NCBI GenBank assembly: GCA_045804325.1
Contig: JBJMNJ010000035.1
Coordinates: forward strand, 423-64,422
Direction of reading: 5' to 3'
From: Gemmatimonadaceae bacterium
Lineage (GTDB): Bacteria; Gemmatimonadota; Gemmatimonadetes; Gemmatimonadales; Gemmatimonadaceae
Length of the DNA: 64,000 nt
Positions 43,401 through 50,802 of the stretch are shown one piece after another (positions within the stretch are counted from its first letter, which is position 1; each line of letters opens with the position of its first letter). A program made the position numbers and the translations under genes. The notes under the pieces are model-generated. The model saw only the letters and a program-made list of their open reading frames with translations. It did no database searches and had not been told where the DNA came from.

Positions 43401-44993
43401 TCACGGCCGCGACGCCGCGTAGAACCGGTCGAGGAAGAGCATGCGCTCGCGCGGCTCCGGCTCGGCGCGCGACTCCACGTCGATGCGCATCAGCATCACC
43501 GGCGCGCCGCCCGTCGCGTTGCCGCGCGGCCACTCCGGCAGGCCGGCGCCGTTCGGGTCGCCCGTCTTGATGAAGTTCGCGAAGTAGCCCTGCATCGTCT
43601 CCGAGACCCGGAAGTCCTCCGGCGTCCACGCGAAGACCTTGTTCAGCGGCAGGTTCCCCATCGCGTACTCGATCTCGGCGGAGTGCACCGCGCCGCGCGA
43701 CGGGGGCGGCGCGTTGGGGCCGGGGCTCGCCAGCGCCGGGCGCGGACGCGCGTAGAGGTAGCGGAAGACGGGCTGCCCGCTCGTGCGCCCGTGCTCCTCG
43801 AGCCACTTCCACGTCGAGTACGCGATGAACTGGTCGCCCGCGAGGTTCGTGAGCGACTGCATGGCCTCCTCGGGCGTCGCGGCCGGGTAGACCTGCGCGG
43901 CCGCCTGGGCCTGCTCGTTGAAGATGCGGCGCAGCACGCCCGCGACGTTCTCGGCGTTCGGCGTCTCGTTCAAGAGCGCCCGGCCCGTCATCTCCTCGCT
44001 GTTCCAGCCGGCGAGCAGCGGCACCCGCGCCTGCCTCCCCGCGGCGAAGATCGCGGCGGGCGCCTCGGGGAAGAACCAGCCGTCCACGTTGGCCGCGAAG
44101 CGCGGCACCCCCTGCCGCCCCGCCGCCTCGAGCAGCTCGTGCGCCGAGAGGGCGCGGAGCGCCGCGAGCGTCGTCGCGCCGACGGCCTGGCCGAACCTCA
44201 CGCCGTTCTGCTCCGCCTCGGCGCGCGTCGGCGTCGCGAGCGTGCGCGAGAAGAAGGCGCCGCTCTCGCCGATGGCGCGCGCGAAGAGCCCCTTCGCGAG
44301 CGGCGACGCCATCTGCGCGCTCACGGAGAAGGAGCCGGCGCTCTCGCCGGCGATCGTGACCTGGCCGGGGTCGCCGCCGAAGGCGGCGATGTTGTCGCGC
44401 ACCCAGCGCAGCGCCGCCGTCTGGTCCATCAGCGCGTAGTTGCCGGACGCGCCGTTCGGGCTCTCGCGCGTGAGCTCGGGGTGCGCGAGGAAGCCGAAGA
44501 CGCCGAGCCGGTAGCTCGTGGTGACGACGACGATGCCGCGGCGGGCCATGCTCTCGCCGTCGTAGCGCGGCTCGGAGCCGTCGCCGGCCATGAAGCCGCC
44601 GCCGGAGAAGTAGACGAGCACCGGCAGCCGCGCGCCGGCCGCCGCCCTCGCGGGCGCCCACACGTTGAGGTAGAGGCAGTCCTCGCTCGTCCCCTCGTTG
44701 CGGAACATCATGTCCGAGTAGATGCGCGCCTGCATGCACTGCGGGCCGAAGCGGTCGGCGGCGCGGACGCCGGTCCAGGCGCGCGCCGGCTGCGGCGGGC
44801 GCCAGCGCAGCTCGCGCACGGGCGGCGCGGCGAAGGGGATGCCGCGGAACGCGCGGACGCCGGTCGCGAGCGCGACGCCGCGGACGACGCCCTGCGCGGT
44901 GCGCGCGGCGGGCGCAGCGGGCGCGGTGGGAGCCTGCGCGGCGATCGCGAGCGGGACGAGCGTCGCCAGCACGACGGGGAGGATCCTGCGCAT
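43401..44993 (-). CDS. secreted type-B carboxylesterase/lipase (para-nitrobenzyl esterase-like)
   Basis: 530-aa ORF with a signal peptide MRRILPVVLATLVPLAIAAQA. EDCLYLNVW, FSGGGF and nucleophile elbow GESAGS. Its stop is 4 nt before the ATPase start. Confidence 0.9.
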   Translation of the reverse strand: MRRILPVVLATLVPLAIAAQAPTAPAAPAARTAQGVVRGVALATGVRAFRGIPFAAPPVRELRWRPPQPARAWTGVRAADRFGPQCMQARIYSDMMFRNEGTSEDCLYLNVWAPARAAAGARLPVLVYFSGGGFMAGDGSEPRYDGESMARRGIVVVTTSYRLGVFGFLAHPELTRESPNGASGNYALMDQTAALRWVRDNIAAFGGDPGQVTIAGESAGSFSVSAQMASPLAKGLFARAIGESGAFFSRTLATPTRAEAEQNGVRFGQAVGATTLAALRALSAHELLEAAGRQGVPRFAANVDGWFFPEAPAAIFAAGRQARVPLLAGWNSEEMTGRALLNETPNAENVAGVLRRIFNEQAQAAAQVYPAATPEEAMQSLTNLAGDQFIAYSTWKWLEEHGRTSGQPVFRYLYARPRPALASPGPNAPPPSRGAVHSAEIEYAMGNLPLNKVFAWTPEDFRVSETMQGYFANFIKTGDPNGAGLPEWPRGNATGGAPVMLMRIDVESRAEPEPRERMLFLDRFYAASRP

Positions 44994-45048
44994 GCGTGGT
45001 CTCTCGTGGGTTGGGTGCGTCCCCTAACGTACTACGGTTGCCCGCACG

Positions 45049-45717
45049 TCACAGGTCGCCCCAGGCGCGCCGCGCCGCCTCGCGCACGTCGGCGAGCGAC
45101 TCGTAGATGCCGGCCGCTCGCGCCGCGACGTCCGGCGGCGGCACGACGAGGTCGGGGACGAGCAGGAGCTGCATCCCGGCCGCGAGCGCCGACCGCGCGC
45201 CCGCGGGCGAGTCCTCCAGCGCGAGGCAGCCCTCGGGCGGCACGCCGAGCCGCGCGGCGGCCTCGAGGTAGAGGTCGGGGTGCGGCTTCCCGCGCGCGAC
45301 GTCGGCCCGCGTCACCACCGCGGCGAACCCCGGCAGCAGCTCGCCGAGCCGCTCCTTCACGAGGTGCGGCCCGCTCGACGTCGCCAGCCCCAGCGGGATG
45401 CAGCGCTCGGCGACGAACTCCAGCCACTCGCGCGCGCCGGCGCGGAGCGGGACGCCCTCGGCCTCGACGATCGCGCGCATCCGCGCGTGGCAGCTGGCCC
45501 GGAAGCCGGGAATGTCGAACGCCGGCCCGTAGTACTGGAGGAGCTGGCCGTCGTTCACGTCGGCCGAGTGGCCGACGAACGTCGCGAACTGCTCGTCGGA
45601 CATCGCGACGCCGTGGTCGGCCGCGGCGGCCTGCCAGACGCGGCGCTCGACGCGCTCGCTGTCCACGAGGAGGCCGTCCATGTCGCAGACGACGGCGGCG
45701 GGGGGATGTGGGATCAC
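45049..45717 (-). CDS. HAD-superfamily hydrolase (beta-phosphoglucomutase-like subfamily IA)
   Basis: 222-aa ORF with motif I VVCDMDGLLVDSE, motif III K (GKPHPDLY) and motif IV EDSPAG. Confidence 0.85.
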   Translation of the reverse strand: MIPHPPAAVVCDMDGLLVDSERVERRVWQAAAADHGVAMSDEQFATFVGHSADVNDGQLLQYYGPAFDIPGFRASCHARMRAIVEAEGVPLRAGAREWLEFVAERCIPLGLATSSGPHLVKERLGELLPGFAAVVTRADVARGKPHPDLYLEAAARLGVPPEGCLALEDSPAGARSALAAGMQLLLVPDLVVPPPDVAARAAGIYESLADVREAARRAWGDL

Positions 45718-45866
45718 GGGGCTGCGCGGACGAGAGCGGGGAGGAGGACTGGGAGGAAAGCTAGCGGCGGAGAAGGCACGCCGGCGACGATCGGGGCGAG
45801 CAGACGTCGGGACACGCCCGACCCACCGCCGGCGCGGGCGGGGTCGATCGCGGCTAGATTGGCCGC

Positions 45867-46619
45867 GTGTCGACGTCTCCCCGCACCCCCGTCGCCGTGA
45901 GCTGGAGCGGCGGCAAGGACAGCACGCTCGCCCTCGCCGCGGCGCTCGCGGACCAGGCGCTCGAGGTCCGCGCGCTCGTCACCACCGTGACGGCCGAGTA
46001 CGAGCGCATCAGCATGCACGGCGTGCGGCGCGCGCTGCTCCGGCGGCAGGCCGAGGCGCTCGGCCTCCCGCTCGTCGAGGTCCCCATCGCGCCGCGCTGC
46101 TCGAACGAGGACTACGAGCGCGCGATGCGTGAGGCGCTCGCACGCCTCGCGGCCGAGGGCGTGACCGGCGTCGTGTGTGGGGACCTGTACCTCGCGGACG
46201 TGCGCGCCTACCGCGAGCGCCTGTTCGCCGCCGTGGGGCTCGCGGGCGTCTACCCGCTGTGGGGGCGCGACACGCGGGCGCTCGCGCACGAGTTCGTGGA
46301 CGCGGGGTATCGCGCGGTGCTCGTCTGCGTGGACCCGCGGCAGATCGACCGCGCCTTCTGCGGGCGCGACTACGACCGCGCGCTGCTCGCGGAGCTCCCG
46401 GCGTCCGCGGACCCCTGCGGCGAGAACGGCGAGTTCCACACGTTCGTGCACGACGGCCCGATCTTCCACGCGCCCATCCCCGTCGCGCGAGGCGAGGTGG
46501 TGGAGCGCGACGGCTTCGTGTTCGCGGACCTGGAGGTCGCGCGCGGCCTGCCGCAGCCGGAGATCGCTCCGCTCGGCGGCGGGACGTTCACGCCGCCGCG
46601 CCCAGGCTCGCGGGCGTGA
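45867..46619 (+). CDS. Dph6-related / MJ0570-type PP-loop ATP pyrophosphatase domain protein
   Basis: 250-aa ORF (GTG start). The PP-loop SWSGGKDS and the C-terminal GENGEFHTFV motif are typical of this adenine-nucleotide alpha-hydrolase family. Confidence 0.7.
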   Translation: MSTSPRTPVAVSWSGGKDSTLALAAALADQALEVRALVTTVTAEYERISMHGVRRALLRRQAEALGLPLVEVPIAPRCSNEDYERAMREALARLAAEGVTGVVCGDLYLADVRAYRERLFAAVGLAGVYPLWGRDTRALAHEFVDAGYRAVLVCVDPRQIDRAFCGRDYDRALLAELPASADPCGENGEFHTFVHDGPIFHAPIPVARGEVVERDGFVFADLEVARGLPQPEIAPLGGGTFTPPRPGSRA

Positions 46620-47463
46620 GCAGCAGCAGCGGCACGTCGCTCGCCTTCACCACGCCCTCGGCCACGCTGCCGACTGCGAGGCGCTGAAGCCCGCTCGCCC
46701 CGCGCGTGGTCATCGCGATGATGTCGACGAGGTCGTCGCGCACCGCGTCGCAGATCGCCCGTGCCGCGTCGTCGGACTCCACGGTCCGCACCTCGACGGC
46801 CGTCGCGCCTCGCGCGCGGACGCGGTCCCGCGCCGCCGCGAGCCGCTGCTCCGCGGCCGACGTGTCCCCGCGCGACGGGACCACCTCCAGCAGCACGTAC
46901 TCCAGCGCGGCGGCGCCGGGCCACGACATGAGGAGCTCCAGTGCGCGCCCGGAGAGCGCCGAGCCGTCGAGCGGGACGAGCACGCGCGAGAAGCGCACGT
47001 GCCTGTCTTGCATGTCGGCCGAGCCGGGCGGTACGACGACGACGGGGCGCGGGCTCTCGCGGACGACGCGCTCCGTGACGCCGCCGATCAGCGCGAGCTC
47101 CAGCGCGCTCGGCGCCCGCGTCGCCATCACGAGCACGCTCGCGTCGTGCAGGACCGCGCGCTGGACGAGCTCCTCGATTACGCGTCCCGACTCCGGGATG
47201 TCGAACGTGACGGGGTGCCCCGTCGCGCCGGACACGCGCGACGCGGTCTCGGAGAGGTGGGTCGCCACGCCGCGGCGTCCGCTGACGGCGGACCGGTCCA
47301 GGCCGAGGAACGCGCCCTGCGCCACCTCGCTGTCGCTCGGCTCGTCGATCACGTGCACGAGGTGCAGCGGTGCGTGCGCGAGGTCGGCGAGCCCCACCGC
47401 GACCGCCAGCGCGCGAGGGTCCCGCTCCGAGCCGTCGAGCGCCACCATCACCGGGCCCGGCAT
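46588..47463 (-). CDS. tandem universal stress protein (UspA) domains
   Basis: Frame of ORF 46588..47922, trimmed to ATG 47463, which abuts the DsbA stop. VMVALDGSERD...VLVMATRAPS...; VLVPLDGSALS...DIIAMTTRGASGLQRLAVGSVAEGVVKASDVPLLLL. Confidence 0.8.
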   Translation of the reverse strand: MPGPVMVALDGSERDPRALAVAVGLADLAHAPLHLVHVIDEPSDSEVAQGAFLGLDRSAVSGRRGVATHLSETASRVSGATGHPVTFDIPESGRVIEELVQRAVLHDASVLVMATRAPSALELALIGGVTERVVRESPRPVVVVPPGSADMQDRHVRFSRVLVPLDGSALSGRALELLMSWPGAAALEYVLLEVVPSRGDTSAAEQRLAAARDRVRARGATAVEVRTVESDDAARAICDAVRDDLVDIIAMTTRGASGLQRLAVGSVAEGVVKASDVPLLLLTPASLGAAA

Positions 47464-48014
47464 CAGCGCGGCAGGCTCGTTCCCGCGCCGCTCGCCGCCT
47501 CGCGCAGCGCGCGCGCGAAGCCCTCGGCGTCGGTCCAGTCGCCGTCGTAGCGCTCGCCGTTGATGAAGAAGGTGGGCGTCCCGTTCACGCCGCTCCGCGC
47601 GCCGCTCCGGAAGTCGCGGCGCACGCGATCCGTCCACGTCCCGTCCGCGAGCTCGCGCGCCACGCGCTCGGCGTCGAGCCCCAGCGCCCGCGCGTGCGCG
47701 ACGAGGTCGGCGTCGCGCATCGCGCTCTGATGCTCGAAGATGCGGTCGTGCATCTGCCAGAACTTCCCCTGCGCGCCCGCCGCCTCCGCGGCCTCCGCCG
47801 CGTGCTGCGCGTGCGGGTGGGACTGGCTGATCGGGAAGTGTCGGAAGACGAAGCGCAGGCCGGTGCCGAGCCGCTCCTGGATCGACTTGAGGATCGGGTG
47901 CGCGCGGCCGCAGTACGGGCACTCGAGGTCGCCGTACTCGACGAGCGTGACGGGGGCGTCGGGCGGTCCGGCGACGTGATCGTCGGGGCCGACGGGCGGA
48001 TTCAGGTGGCTCAC
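47463..48014 (-). CDS. DsbA-family thioredoxin-fold protein
   Basis: Frame of ORF 47463..48323. GTG at 48014 overlaps the peroxiredoxin stop (GTGA). VTLVEYGDLECPYCGRAHP (CPYC active site)...GVNGTPTFFING. Confidence 0.85.
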   Translation of the reverse strand: MSHLNPPVGPDDHVAGPPDAPVTLVEYGDLECPYCGRAHPILKSIQERLGTGLRFVFRHFPISQSHPHAQHAAEAAEAAGAQGKFWQMHDRIFEHQSAMRDADLVAHARALGLDAERVARELADGTWTDRVRRDFRSGARSGVNGTPTFFINGERYDGDWTDAEGFARALREAASGAGTSLPR

Positions 48015-48577
48015 GGCCTCGCCTCCCGCGCGCCGTCCGCCTGCGCGTGCGCGCCGTGCTCCCGCACCGACGCGCTGCCGTCGCCCTCGCGGAGCATCTC
48101 GAGGGCGTTCAGCACGCCGTCGGCGCCCGGGTTGACGCCGACCGGCGAGAGGTAGCTCCAGCGGATGACGCCCTGCGGGTCCACCACGAACAGCGCGCGC
48201 GCGCTGGTGCCGTCCTCCGCGCGATACGCGCCGTACAGCCGCGACACCGCGCCCTTGGGCTCGAAGTCGGCGAGCAGCGGGAAGTGCAGGTGGCGCTCGC
48301 GCGCGAACGCGGCGTGGCACCACACGCCGTCCACGGAGACGCCGAGCAGCTCGGCGCCGAGCTCGCGGAAGTCCGGCAGGAGCTCGTTGAACAGCGCCAG
48401 CTCGTCCCCGCAGACGGGACTCCAGTCGGCCGGATAGAAGACGAGGACGACGGGGCGTCCGCGCAGCTCTCTCAGCGCGAGCATCTGGTCGGGCGTGGAC
48501 TTGAGCGCGAAGTCGGGCGCGGCGGTGCCGGGCTGGAGAATGCCCGGGCCCTCGCGGGCGCCTTCGGTGGTCGGCAC
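48011..48577 (-). CDS. peroxiredoxin (AhpC/TSA-redoxin family)
   Basis: ORF 48011..48613. Preferred start is GTG 48577 with GGAGG 4 nt upstream. APDFALKS...GRPVVLVFYPADWSPVCGDEL has the peroxidatic Cys in the PxxxSxxC context. Confidence 0.85.
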   Translation of the reverse strand: MPTTEGAREGPGILQPGTAAPDFALKSTPDQMLALRELRGRPVVLVFYPADWSPVCGDELALFNELLPDFRELGAELLGVSVDGVWCHAAFARERHLHFPLLADFEPKGAVSRLYGAYRAEDGTSARALFVVDPQGVIRWSYLSPVGVNPGADGVLNALEMLREGDGSASVREHGAHAQADGAREARP

Positions 48578-48641
48578 GGAGCCTCCCTGCAGTGGACCCC
48601 GACGGACCTGCAAGAATGCTGCGCGCCGACCGCCGTCCGCC

Positions 48642-49304
48642 CTAGCGCACGAGGGTGACCACGGCCGTGACGACGAGGGCGGCGGCCCACACCAGGTCGA
48701 GGTTGACCCAGGCGCGGCGGAGCATCCGCAGCCCGAGCCGCTCGTACACGATCACCGCAACGGTGCCGGTGACGATGAGGTAGCCCGCCGCGTGCACGAG
48801 CGAGGCGGCGAGCGGGGCGATCGCCGCGCCGCCGACGGCGACGCCCATGGCCATCGCGTGGTGCGCGTGCATCCCGGCCGGACCGTCGGGCGCGTCGCGC
48901 AGCACGAGCGGCAGCGCCATGAGGCCGGCCCCGTGCGCCGTCGCCATGAGAAACGACCACGTGACGAGCTCGCGCGGGCCGACGCGCATGCCCGTCCAGC
49001 GTCCGTGCCGGTGCCCGGCGAGCGCGCGCATGCCGACGACCATGAGCGCCCCCGCGACGACCCAGCGGATCCCCCGCGCCGGGAGCACGGCGCCGAGCGC
49101 GGCGGCGGCCACGAGCGCCGCGGCGAGCGCCAGGGCGTGTCCCAGCGCGAGCGGTCCGATGGCGCCCCACACCGCGCGCCGGCTCTTCTCCTGGAGCCCG
49201 AGCGCGACGGCGAACAGCCACCCCATGCCGGGGTTGATTCCGTGGAGGGCGCCGAGGAGCAGCAGGCCGATCCAGGGGAGCGCGGGTGCGGTCGCGGCAG
49301 TCAT
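48642..49304 (-). CDS. polytopic membrane protein with His-rich loops (hypothetical, possible metal handling)
   Basis: 220-aa ORF with about six hydrophobic segments. His clusters HGINPGMGW, AGHRHGRW and GMHAHHAMAMG. Its start is 7 nt after the SBP56 stop. No family recognised. Confidence 0.55.
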   Translation of the reverse strand: MTAATAPALPWIGLLLLGALHGINPGMGWLFAVALGLQEKSRRAVWGAIGPLALGHALALAAALVAAAALGAVLPARGIRWVVAGALMVVGMRALAGHRHGRWTGMRVGPRELVTWSFLMATAHGAGLMALPLVLRDAPDGPAGMHAHHAMAMGVAVGGAAIAPLAASLVHAAGYLIVTGTVAVIVYERLGLRMLRRAWVNLDLVWAAALVVTAVVTLVR

Positions 49305-49311
49305 CGCCGCC

Positions 49312-50724
49312 TCACGCGAAGCAGAACGAGTCCGACGACGCGTCGCCGCCTTCGAGCCGCACCTGATGCGGCCGCACCCCGTCCTCGAACTCGCAGAGGA
49401 AGCCCGTGTCGAGCGCGAGCCCGCCGTTCCGACCCGCGTCGAGCCGCGCGAGCCAGCCGCGGATGCCGTCCGGGTAGAACTGGGCGTCCCAGGGCGAGTA
49501 GAGCGAGTTCGTGACGTAGACCCGGCGCCCGTCGCGGCTCACCTCCACCATCTGCGGCCCGCCGTTGAGCGGACGGTCCGGCGATCCCGGGTGGGCCGTG
49601 CGGCGCACGATGCCGCCGATCCGCGCGCTGCCCGCGAGGACGGGGTTGAACGGATCGCTCACGTCGTACTGCCGCAGCTCGCCCGTCCCCCAGCACGACA
49701 CGTAGAGGAAGCGGTCGTCCACCGAGAGGTTGATGTCGGTGACGAGCGGCGGCACCGCCGCGAAGCCCTTGAGCATCGGCGGCAGCAGCGCCGGGTCGGC
49801 CGGCTCCGCGGGGATGGTGATGACCTTCCTCGTCTTCCATTCTCCCCGGCCGCTCCCGTGCTCCTTGTCGAGGTACCACAGGAAGACCGACGCCGACAGG
49901 TCGACGAGCGAGATCACCACGCCGGCGAAGCCGTAGGCGCGCGTCGGGTTGTGCGCCGGGCGCAGCTCGAGCACCATCTGCTGCTCGGCGCCGAGGTCGA
50001 GCGTCTGGAGGTGGCGCCGCGTCTTCATGTCCCACACGTGCAGCGCGTGCCCGTACTTGCCCGCGAGCAGGAGCTCGGGGTTCAGCCCCTGGGTCACCAT
50101 GTTCGGCGTGCCCCACTCGCTCGTGAGCATCGTGTCCTGCCCGAGGTGCCAGGCGAAGTCGTAGGCGAGGTGCTGCGGCCCGCGGTCCCGCTCCCAGCGC
50201 CCCTTCACCTCGAAGGTCTCGTGGTCGAGCATGAAGATCCCGCCCGGACCGTCCCCGTCGGGCGCGCCGAGCGCGTTCATGTAGATGCCGTCGGGCCCGC
50301 AGTGCACCGTGTGCGGCGCGGCGTAGCCGGTCTTCCGCACCACCTCCTCGCCCTCGATGACCCTCACGAGGCGCGGGCGGCGCGGGTCCGGCTTCGTGTC
50401 CACGACGTGGATGCGCGACGAGTGCGTGCCCGGCACCACGAGGTAGCGCCGCTCGACGTGCGCGTGGGGCGCGGACGGACACAGGTGCGAGCTGCACGCG
50501 TTCCAGCCGAAGTGGTGCAGCTCGTTGCCACCCTGCGGGAACTCCACGCGGCCGACGAGGCGCCCGTAGTCGCTCGAGAGGGGGTTCGTGTCGACGACGC
50601 CGATCGCGTCGCGGCGGCCGTCGCCGTCGGCGAGCAGCGCGACGTAGGCGAGCCCCTCCGGCGGCGCCTCCATGGCGAGCTCGGGGGACGGGTAGAACGT
50701 GGGATCGGGAAGCATTCGCGCCAT
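49312..50724 (-). CDS. selenium-binding protein family (SBP56; methanethiol-oxidase family) protein
   Basis: 470-aa ORF. DPTFYPSP...YVA...GNELHHFGWNACSS...HTVHCGPDGIYMNALG...MLTSEWGTPN...GELRQYDVSDPFNP are hallmark SBP56 blocks. No signal peptide is apparent. Confidence 0.9.
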   Translation of the reverse strand: MARMLPDPTFYPSPELAMEAPPEGLAYVALLADGDGRRDAIGVVDTNPLSSDYGRLVGRVEFPQGGNELHHFGWNACSSHLCPSAPHAHVERRYLVVPGTHSSRIHVVDTKPDPRRPRLVRVIEGEEVVRKTGYAAPHTVHCGPDGIYMNALGAPDGDGPGGIFMLDHETFEVKGRWERDRGPQHLAYDFAWHLGQDTMLTSEWGTPNMVTQGLNPELLLAGKYGHALHVWDMKTRRHLQTLDLGAEQQMVLELRPAHNPTRAYGFAGVVISLVDLSASVFLWYLDKEHGSGRGEWKTRKVITIPAEPADPALLPPMLKGFAAVPPLVTDINLSVDDRFLYVSCWGTGELRQYDVSDPFNPVLAGSARIGGIVRRTAHPGSPDRPLNGGPQMVEVSRDGRRVYVTNSLYSPWDAQFYPDGIRGWLARLDAGRNGGLALDTGFLCEFEDGVRPHQVRLEGGDASSDSFCFA

Positions 50725-50802
50725 GGTGAGCTCCTATGGGGGGGTTCACCAGGGAGCTACGCAGCCGCGCCGCGCGGCCGGACACGAGAGCCGAGAGCCG
50801 CG

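Noticed and set aside
47463-50724. Possible selenocysteine (in-frame TGA) recoding in the redox genes next to the selenium-binding-protein homologue.
   Set aside because: The peroxiredoxin (PVCG) and DsbA (CPYC) active sites are encoded with Cys codons. All five ORFs are uninterrupted, and no in-frame TGA is needed to explain them.
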